From an uncultured Acidimicrobiales bacterium (lineage in GTDB: Bacteria; Actinomycetota; Acidimicrobiia; Acidimicrobiales; VFJN01), in contig CAWJGJ010000002.1 in the NCBI GenBank assembly GCA_963842395.1, positions 6,481 to 70,480 on the forward strand: a stretch of DNA of 64,000 nt. Reading direction: 5' to 3'. How positions within the stretch are numbered: position 1 is the first letter of the stretch; each line of letters opens with the position of its first letter. Below are positions 10,376 through 18,400 of this stretch, piece after piece. The notes beneath the pieces are model-generated. The model worked only from the letters and a program-made list of their open reading frames with translations, was not told the origin of the DNA and did not search any database. The translations under genes and the position numbers were made by a program.

Positions 10376-10543
10376 CGCGTCTGGCAAGCCGCGCCCCGAC
10401 CTGCCGATCCGCAGTCGGCGGGAGCTCCAGCGCCTGGGTAGTGATCGCGTGTTGAAGGGTGCCCAGCGCGGCTAGGGCTTCACGCGCCGAGGGCGACGCG
10501 GCGGTGATCGAGCACGACCAACTCCCATGCGTCGCTGCGGAGG

Positions 10544-11086
10544 TCACGCGCATCGGCTCGCCACGCTGAGGATGCGCTCCATCACGACGACACCGTCCAT
10601 ACCCAGCGTGGGCGGCCGCGTGGACGACTCGACGAAGCCGTTGCGCCGGTACACCGCGATCGCCGGGTCCATGGCACCGCGGAGCGTCTCGAGCCACACC
10701 GTCGGGCACTGCCGCTCGGTTGCACCAGCGACAGCGGCATCGATCAGCCGATCAGCGACGCCGCGTCCACGTGCAACTGGTCGCACGTACATGCGCTTCA
10801 GTTCTGCGGTTCCGTCGGGCTGGACGCGGATGGCGACGACACCGACCGTGATCGCCCGCCAGGCCACGAGGTAGAGCGCAGCGTCGTCGGTGGCGTAGCG
10901 GTCGGCCAGGCAGGCCAGGTCCGCGTGCAACTGCGGTTGCGCGGCGACCGGGTCGATGCCGGCCCAACCTCGCACCCACTCGACGTAGTCGTACAGAAGC
11001 GCTGTCGCCTCACGCCAGTCGGCGCCGGTCGACGCCCGGTGAATGGTGAACTGCTCGCCACTTCTCTCGTCGCCGTCTCTCTCCAC
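10544..11086 (-). CDS. GNAT family N-acetyltransferase
   Basis: Acetyl-CoA binding motif RMYVRPVARGRGVADRLI. GTG 11086 is the likely start; the maximal ORF runs to 11191. Confidence 0.7.
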   Translation of the reverse strand: MERDGDERSGEQFTIHRASTGADWREATALLYDYVEWVRGWAGIDPVAAQPQLHADLACLADRYATDDAALYLVAWRAITVGVVAIRVQPDGTAELKRMYVRPVARGRGVADRLIDAAVAGATERQCPTVWLETLRGAMDPAIAVYRRNGFVESSTRPPTLGMDGVVVMERILSVASRCA

Positions 11087-11219
11087 ACCAGCTTTCGAAG
11101 CCGAGTGCCGGATCGGATTTACCCGGTATGTGCCGGCCACGGGCCACGCCGAGGCGGCCGGCGTCGGGGACAGGGATCCAGAGGGCGACAAGGGCGCCGC
11201 TCCCCCAGCGGCATCGTGT

Positions 11220-12380
11220 TCATCGCACGACGACGCGCACTCGTCCGAGGTTCAGGATCCGGCAGTGGGGCGTGCCCACGTCGACCGAGCGCTGGTTCGT
11301 GACGCGTACCGCCGGGAAGTACGTACCCGGCTCGGTGAAGGCAAGGGTGACCACCGAGGTGTAGCCCACGAGCGCCGAATCGAGACCGTCCTCAACGAGT
11401 GGGAACGCCGCGGTGCCGTCGAAGTCCCACGCCACCCCGACCACGCCCCCGGCACCGGGGGGGACCTCGATGTGCGCCTCGAACCGCACCTCGTCGCCAA
11501 CCGCCACGTCAGCACGTGCCGCGCCGTTGGCCGTGGCGCGCACCACGGCTTGGGGCCCACCCCGTTCCGCTGCGGTGTCGGGAACGTGCACCTGACCGTC
11601 GTCATACGTGTAGGCCGTATTTGCGGGCGGGGCGATGCCGAGCTCAACCCAGGCGGCAACGTCTCGCAGCGCCTGCTGGAGCACGCCGAGGTACGACACC
11701 ATTCGTGTCTTACGTGACGGGACCGTGTCGGGGAGGCTGAGTCCCGCGACCGGCTCTGCGCCGCCGGTGTGCATCGCGTGCTCGACGAACCAGAGCCGGT
11801 ACTGGTCGTCCATCGCGTCGCCGAGCTGGGCTTCGACCTTCTTGCGGTACCAGAGGGCCTGCCACGGGTACGCCGCTTCGTCCATCAGCGTCTGGACGAC
11901 GATCATCTTCCCGGCGAAGCGGCCGGACTGGCTGACGCCGGACCCTTGCCGGGCCATGATCGGGCCGATCTTGCGCGGTTGCTGCGGGTAGATCGGGTTT
12001 CGACCCTCGCAGAACTGCTGCCACGGCTCGAAGTCCGGGTCGACCTGGTGTCGGTGCATCGTCTGGAATGCCAGGTAGATCGAGTTGTCGACGAGCAGTT
12101 CGTCGCCGACCGCCACCTCCGCAAGCTCCTCGAAGTGGAGCTCGCCCATCCCGACGATCACGATGTCACCGCGAGTGCCGGTGAGGTACATGGCGTGCCC
12201 TGCTGCGTTGCCAGTGAGCAGCTCGATCCTGGCGCCGAGGGCCTGGCCCTCGACAGGCTCCGCGACACCCCCCGCGTCGCCCTCCTCCGATCGTTGTCCG
12301 GCACCCTCACTTTCCGTACAGTGATCTCTACTCACTGGGACGAGAGGGAGACCCTGGGAGGAGGAGGGGAGCGGTGCCAC
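11220..12380 (-). CDS. C-terminal portion of a larger hydrolase-like protein, probably 5'-truncated
   Basis: The ORF is open to 12380, where it overlaps the start of the opposite-strand gene at 12374. The GKMIVVQTLMDEAAYPWQALWYRKKV..DDQYRLWFVEHAMH region resembles the C-terminal half of roughly 700 aa alpha/beta-hydrolase-like proteins as I recall them. No nucleophile-elbow region is present, and the first in-frame ATG is at 12191. Confidence 0.45.
   Translation of the reverse strand: MAPLPSSSQGLPLVPVSRDHCTESEGAGQRSEEGDAGGVAEPVEGQALGARIELLTGNAAGHAMYLTGTRGDIVIVGMGELHFEELAEVAVGDELLVDNSIYLAFQTMHRHQVDPDFEPWQQFCEGRNPIYPQQPRKIGPIMARQGSGVSQSGRFAGKMIVVQTLMDEAAYPWQALWYRKKVEAQLGDAMDDQYRLWFVEHAMHTGGAEPVAGLSLPDTVPSRKTRMVSYLGVLQQALRDVAAWVELGIAPPANTAYTYDDGQVHVPDTAAERGGPQAVVRATANGAARADVAVGDEVRFEAHIEVPPGAGGVVGVAWDFDGTAAFPLVEDGLDSALVGYTSVVTLAFTEPGTYFPAVRVTNQRSVDVGTPHCRILNLGRVRVVVR
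12294..12321 (+). promoter_or_regulatory. candidate sigma-70-type promoter for cluster gene A (TTGTCC-16 nt-TACAGT)
   Basis: TACAGT at 12316-12321 fits the actinobacterial -10 TANNNT. TTGTCC lies at 12294-12299. The surrounding CTCAC.TT.CGTACAGT element recurs upstream of gene B. Confidence 0.3.
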
Positions 12381-13792
12381 CTGTCCAGACCGACAGGAAC
12401 GCCCAGTACGGGCCGCCCCTGGTCAACCAGAAGTACACCCCGCTGGCCAACGTCGTGTGGGCGCCGGCGGACACGCCGTTCTACAGCGGGCTGCTCGACT
12501 TCCGGCGCAACACCCTGTGGAACGCGAACTACCTGCCCAAGCCGCTGATGCTGCAGGCCCGCAACTGGGCCGCCATCGATGCCGCCGAGTCCGGCGTCGG
12601 CCGCCAGCCCCCGCTCGTGGTCGTGTCCAGCAACCGGGCCAACTGGATCGCCGGCGGCCTGGCCGCGGCGGACCTCGAGATGAACATGCAGAACGGCGGC
12701 AACAACTTCGCCGGCCCCAGCGACTTCCACGCCCTGGCCGCCTTCAGCGGGCAGAACCGGTCTTCGCCCATCTACACCCCCTGCCGGCAGGGCCCCGTCG
12801 TTCCCGGTGGGCCCACCCGCGGTGTCTACGTGGTCGTCCACGCCTCCGAGTACCAGACCTACCAGGCGGCGCTCGACCCGCCCGGTGCGCCCACCGGCAT
12901 CACCGTGATCGGCTGGGACTTCCAGCGCCCGACCAACGCCCACCACTGGATCATGGGCTTCGGGGCCAGCCGCTTCGCCGCTATGGAGCTCTGCAAGGAC
13001 CTGCGGGGCCGGCGCAACGCCACCTGGAACAAGACCTGGCTGATCGACGACAACGTCGTCTACGTCACCAACTTCCCAGGCTGGAACGCCATCGAGGTGG
13101 CGATGAACGCCGCGCCGGTGGCCTCGGCGGCCGCCTTCGTGGGCGGGACGCTGGCCGAGCCGTTCGCCGCGGCCCGCAACTACGCCCGCGCCAACATCAA
13201 CCTGGCGCCGCCGGCCGCGGCGCCGGCGGTTCCGCCGGGGGCGGGCATCATCCAGCAGCTGGCCTGCTGGAACGTCGACAATTTCAACGCCAACCGCCGG
13301 AACTTCGGGGTGGTGTTCCTGGCGTCGGCCGAGGACCTCAGCATGACCAACCTGTTCCTCCAGCAGGGCATCCCCTACCGCTTCTACGGGAACATGCGGG
13401 TGGAGAAGGAGGTGGCGGCCCCCGACGGCGCCATCGCCGCGGGCAACCACCGGCGCGGCTTCAACGCCTGGATCACCGGCCTGGAGAGCACCGCGGCAGC
13501 GGCCCCGGGAGCCAACCCACCGCCCCCCATCCAGGTGCAGCCGGCCAACCCGGGAGACGGCGGCGTGCAGCTGCTGAGCGACTACATCGTCAACCGGGTG
13601 CTGCCCAACTCCATCCAGCAAGCCCGGGCCGGGGTGGTGGCGGTGCAGAACGAGGGCAAGTCGCACGGGGTCGAGCAGATCGCCACCGGCGCGATCCAGC
13701 GGGGTTGGGTCGCCCCGGCCACGATCCAGCGGACGTTCCAGCTCAACGGCCCGGCCACGTTCCAGCGCGTGGTCCGCGTGACCCGGGCCTGA
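12374..13792 (+). CDS. uncharacterised protein A (472 aa), tandem paralog of B
   Basis: GTG 12374 after GGAGGAGGAGGGGA, with strong GC3 bias. About 60% identical by eye to the next gene. No known motif; alternating beta/alpha-like pattern (PPLVVVSSN, GVYVVVHASEY, ITVIGWDF, TWLIDDNVVYV). Confidence 0.8.
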   Translation: MPPVQTDRNAQYGPPLVNQKYTPLANVVWAPADTPFYSGLLDFRRNTLWNANYLPKPLMLQARNWAAIDAAESGVGRQPPLVVVSSNRANWIAGGLAAADLEMNMQNGGNNFAGPSDFHALAAFSGQNRSSPIYTPCRQGPVVPGGPTRGVYVVVHASEYQTYQAALDPPGAPTGITVIGWDFQRPTNAHHWIMGFGASRFAAMELCKDLRGRRNATWNKTWLIDDNVVYVTNFPGWNAIEVAMNAAPVASAAAFVGGTLAEPFAAARNYARANINLAPPAAAPAVPPGAGIIQQLACWNVDNFNANRRNFGVVFLASAEDLSMTNLFLQQGIPYRFYGNMRVEKEVAAPDGAIAAGNHRRGFNAWITGLESTAAAAPGANPPPPIQVQPANPGDGGVQLLSDYIVNRVLPNSIQQARAGVVAVQNEGKSHGVEQIATGAIQRGWVAPATIQRTFQLNGPATFQRVVRVTRA

Positions 13793-13824
13793 CGATGCGG
13801 GGATGACGCGTCCGCCAGAGGGCA

Positions 13825-13854
13825 TTGCGGACGATACCTCACGTTGCGTACAGT
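13825..13854 (+). promoter_or_regulatory. candidate sigma-70-type promoter for cluster genes B-G (TTGCGG-18 nt-TACAGT)
   Basis: A second copy of the CTCACGTTGCGTACAGT element lies in the 229-bp A-B spacer, with TACAGT at 13849-13854. Confidence 0.3.
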
Positions 13855-14021
13855 TCTCACCACTCGACAGCGCGGCGGCGTAGGCGGGCTGTCGAGGCAG
13901 GCGGCAGACATCAGGAGAAGAGGCGGCCCGGGGTGGTCCGGGCCGAGGCAGCCACGTCGGGCGGGTCGTCAGGCCGCGCCCGGGCACCTGTGGCGGGGCC
14001 GCGCGCCCCGGAGGGGGAGCG

Positions 14022-15428
14022 ATGGCGGTCAGCACCGACAAGAACACGGCCTACGGACCGCCCCTCGTCAACCAGAAGTACGCCCCGCTCCAGAACATCC
14101 AATGGGTGGCCGGCGACCAGGCCCTCTACTCCGGGATGCTCAACCTCCGGCGCAACGCCCTCGTCAACGCCAACTACCTTCCCCGGACCCTCGGGCTCGC
14201 CAGCCGGAACTGGGTCAACATCGACGCCGACGAGGCTACGGCCGGCCGGCAGCCACCCCTGGTCATCGTGTCGAGCAACCGCTCGGGCTGGATCCGCGAC
14301 GGTCTGGCGGCCGTCAACGCCCAGATCGCCGGGCTCAACGTCGCGGCGGGTCACTTCAACGGCCCCAGCGACTACCGGGCACTGGCGGCCAACGCCGGCC
14401 AGCTGCAGGGCTCGCCCATCTACACCCCCCTCCGCCAGGGGGCCCCGCTGCCCCTCAACCGGGGCATCTACGTGGTCGTCCACAGCTCCGAGTACACCCG
14501 CTACCGCGACCGCCTCGACCCGATCGGCGCCCCCACCGGCATCAAGGTCATCGGCTGGGACTTCCAGCGCAACCCCGGCCAGAACGAGCGGGTCGTGGGC
14601 TTCGGGGCCAGCCGCTACGCCGCCATGGAGTTCTGCAAGGACCTACAGGCCAACCACGGCGCGGTGTGGAACAAGGCGTGGCTCATCGACGACAACGTCG
14701 TCTTCGTCACCAACTTCCCGGGCTGGAACCTGATCGAGCAGGCCATGAACGTCGCGCCGGTGTCCGCGGCCGGCGGGTTCATGGGCGGCACCCTGGCCGA
14801 GGCGTTCCTCACGGTGCGCAACTTCGCCCGGCAGAACATCAACCTGGCCCCACCGGGGGCGGTGGTGGCCCCGGGGCCCGCCAACATCATCCAGCAGCTG
14901 TCGTGCTGGAACGTCGACATGTTCGTCAACAACCATCGGAACTTCGGACCCGTCTTCATGAACTCGGCCGAGGACCTCAGCATCACCAACCTGTTCATCC
15001 AGCAGGGCATCCCCTACCGACACTGGCAGAACATGCACGTCTGGAAGGAGACCACCACCTACGACGGGGCCAACACGGTCGGCAACGCCCGCCGCAGCCT
15101 GGCCGCCTGGATCACCGGCCTGGAGAGCGCTGCTGCGGGCGCTCCGGGCGCCCCTCCGCCACCACCGATCGACGTGCAACCGGCCCAGGCGGTCGACGGG
15201 GGCGTCCAGCTCCTCAGCACCTTCGTGACCACCCGGGTCCTGCCCCACTCCTCGCTGCATGCCCAGGCGCTCAACGTCGACGTGCAGAACGAGGCCAAGG
15301 CCCACGGGGTCGAGCAGATCACCTGCGGGGCCATCCTCCGGGGCTGGATCAGCCCCCTGGCCCGCCAACAGACCTTCCAGCTCAACGGTGCTGCCGGGGC
15401 GCAGGTCATCAACCGGGCGAACGTCTGA
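14022..15428 (+). CDS. uncharacterised protein B (468 aa), tandem paralog of A
   Basis: ATG 14022 after GGAGGGGGA. Colinear with A over its full length (YGPPLVNQKY, GRQPPLV.VSSNR, GFGASR.AAME.CKDL, WLIDDNVV.VTNFPGWN, GVQLLS, HGVEQI). Confidence 0.8.
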   Translation: MAVSTDKNTAYGPPLVNQKYAPLQNIQWVAGDQALYSGMLNLRRNALVNANYLPRTLGLASRNWVNIDADEATAGRQPPLVIVSSNRSGWIRDGLAAVNAQIAGLNVAAGHFNGPSDYRALAANAGQLQGSPIYTPLRQGAPLPLNRGIYVVVHSSEYTRYRDRLDPIGAPTGIKVIGWDFQRNPGQNERVVGFGASRYAAMEFCKDLQANHGAVWNKAWLIDDNVVFVTNFPGWNLIEQAMNVAPVSAAGGFMGGTLAEAFLTVRNFARQNINLAPPGAVVAPGPANIIQQLSCWNVDMFVNNHRNFGPVFMNSAEDLSITNLFIQQGIPYRHWQNMHVWKETTTYDGANTVGNARRSLAAWITGLESAAAGAPGAPPPPPIDVQPAQAVDGGVQLLSTFVTTRVLPHSSLHAQALNVDVQNEAKAHGVEQITCGAILRGWISPLARQQTFQLNGAAGAQVINRANV

Positions 15429-18400
15429 TGGCCGTCGACCTCGCCGCCGTCGCCCAGGGGCTCCGGGCCCAGGCCACCGCCTCCCGCACGCTAGTGCTCG
15501 ATGGGCGGGTCCTGACCGACCCGGTGCGGGCCGACCTGCGGCTGGCCTTCGGCCTGGCGGCCGGGGCCGACGTGACCGTCGCCGGCGTGCAGGCGTCCGA
15601 CGTCCCCGACCCGGTGGGCGGGACGATCACGATCACGGCCGGCACCGCGGCGCTCCTGCGCCAGACCGCGCTGCCTGCCACCCTGGAGCTCTCGGCCAGC
15701 CCCGACGGCCAGACGCTGGAGCTGGTCGTCGGGGCCACCATGGCCTCGGGGTGGGCGTTCCCCGCCTCGTTCCCGGCCGTCGCCGAGCTGTTCCCGTTCG
15801 ACCTCCTGCCGGTGACCGGGGCCCACTTCCTGTTCGCCACCTCGGCCCGCACCGCCCACCCGTGGCCCGGCGACGCCTCGGCCTCGCTCGACCTGGCGGC
15901 CGGCCTCAACTTCGCCGGCCACACCGGGTTGTCGGCGTTCCCGGCCATCGGCCAGGTGCTCGGCAACCTTGTCGGCCCGCAGGACTACCGCCTGTGGGGC
16001 CTGTTCGGGCCCACGGCCACCGACCCCCTGCCCGTGGGCAGCATCCGGGCTCCGCTGGCGTCGGGCACCTTCGCGGTGGGCGCCGCCCCCAACGCCCTCA
16101 CCCTGGCCAACCCGGCCGTGGCCGTGGTCGTCGGGCCCACGCCCGCCGACGGCGGCTTCCAGCCGGTCGACCTCCAGGTGCAGGCCGACTTCCAGGAGGT
16201 GCTGCAGGTCTCGATCAGCGTCCCCGTCGTCGGCACCACCATCGGCGTCGGCACCGACCCGCTCCCGAACCGGGGCGACATCGACACGATCATCGAGGCG
16301 CTGCCGGGCGGGCAGGGCTTCCGCCAGCTGGTCCCGGCCGAGCTGCACGACGTGTTCGCCGAGGTCGGCCTCGACCACTTCGGCCTCGTCCTCGACCCCA
16401 CCACCCCCAAGGTCACCTACCTCACGCTGGCGCTGGGCACCACGGCGCCGTGGACGGTGATCGACGACGTCCTCGTGCTCGAGTCGGTGGGCCTGCGGGC
16501 CGAGGTCCTCGACCCCACTGGGATCGACCTGACCCAGGTCACGGTCACCGCCGAGGCCGACTTCCTGCCCGACGTGTTCCCCGGCCGGTTCGACTTCCTG
16601 GTCGCACTGCAGAAGGCGGGGGGCAGCGCCTGGGAGGTCGAGGCGGTCAGCGGCGCCTACTTCGGCCCCCTCGACCTGGGCACCCTGGTCGAGAAGCTGC
16701 TCGGCAGCGCCGACAGCGTCCCGGCCGAGCTGCACGACATCCAGATCGCCGACTTCGGGGTCGCCGCCCGCCGGCCTGCCGCCGGCCAGCCCTACGACTA
16801 CACCTTCTGGGGGACGGCCCGGGCCGCCCTCCCGGCGGTGGACGGCAGCGCCTTCGGCGCCGAGCTCTACGTGCTGATGAGCAAGACGCCCACCAGCTAC
16901 GCGGTGCACCTCGCGGGCGCGGCGGCCATCGGCTCGTCGGCGTTCACGGTCACCCTCGACCTGGCCACGGCCGGCTCCCAGCTGTCCGCCTCGTGGACCG
17001 GCACCGGCGACCCGCTGGGCTTCGCCGACATCGCGCGGGTGTTCGGCTGGTACGACCTCCCGGCCATCCCGCCCAGCTTCGACCTGGGGCTCGACTCGGC
17101 CGCCTTCACGCTGGGCTACCACGCCGGGGCCACCGCCTTCCTGATGGGCGCCCACTCGGTGAACTACGGCTCGGCCGTGTTCCAGACCGACGTCGTGGGC
17201 ACCCAGCGGGTGATGGCCTTCGGGGTCGACGTGCCCCTGCACGTGACCCTGGCCGACATCCCGCTGGTGGGCGACAAGCTGCCCGGCGGCGACCAGCTCG
17301 GCATCGCCGGCATCGGCGCCTGGCTGGTGTCGCGGCCGCTGACCAAGGCCGAGGTGGGCCAGCTCAACCGAGGCAACACCCTGCCGGCCACCGAGCCCCG
17401 GCTGCCCGACCGCGACATCACCACCACGGCCACGCTGTTCGGCTCCCTGCTGCTGGGCGGCGCCGCCCAGGCCGTCGACATCCCGGTGGGCGCCCCACCG
17501 ACCCCGCCTCCGCAGCCCCCTCGGGCCCTGCCCGCCCCGGGAGCGCCGGCCATCCCCGCCGCTCCCGCGGGGATGGCCGGGGGCGGCACCCCACCGGCGA
17601 CGCCGTCGGACCTCACCACCTGGTGGAGCGTGGAGCGGACCTTCGGGGTCTTCACCATCCACCGGGTCGGCCTCGAGTACCGCACCGACGGCTCCAACAC
17701 GCTGTTCGTCACCCTCGACGCCGCCATCGCCCTCGGCCCCCTCGCCGTCGACATGCTGGGCCTGGCCCTGGGCTCGCCGCTCGACCACTTCGCCCCCGCC
17801 TTCCAGCTCCGGGGCCTGGGCGTCGCCTACGACGCCCCGCCCCTCAAGATCTCGGGGGCGCTCTACGCCCTGCCGGCGAACCAGCTCGGCACCGGCGTCG
17901 AGTTCCAGTACGACGGCACCGTCGTGGTCGAGGCCGCCAGCTTTGGGCTGGCCGCCGTCGCCTCCTACGCCCAGCAGACCGACGGGTCAGCGTCGCTGTT
18001 CGTCTTCGCCCAGCTCCGCCTGCCCCTGGGCGGGCCCCCGGCGTTCTTCGTGACCGGGCTGATGGCCGGCTTCGGGTTCAACCGGGCGCTGACCCTGCCG
18101 GCCCAGGACGAGGTCCTGAGCTTCCCGCTACTGGTCCTCGACGCCGCCCCCGGCCCGGGCCAGCCCGCCCCGGCGTCGGACCCGGCCCACGTGCTGGCGG
18201 TCCTGGAGGGCACCGCCGCCCCGCCCAACGGGCAGGCCAAGGCGTGGATCGCCCCCCGCTCGGGGACCAACTGGCTGGCGGTCGGCCTGGAGTTCACGTC
18301 CTTCGAGCTGGTGCAGAGCCGGGCCATGCTGGTGGCCGAGTGGGGCGACGAGCTGGTCCTGGCCCTGCTGGGCCTGTCCACCCTGCGGCTGCCGCAGGGC

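Noticed and set aside
10376-10543. Possible small genes or regulatory RNA in the spacer before the GNAT gene.
   Set aside because: There is no convincing ORF, palindrome or conserved-looking motif. It was left unannotated.
12303-12313. Short match (ACCCTCAC.TT) to the tRNA-Gly att core at the left edge of the cluster, considered as a possible second att site.
   Set aside because: Only about 10 matching bases are present, which is easily expected by chance in 64 kb. It is mentioned only as a pointer, not as evidence.
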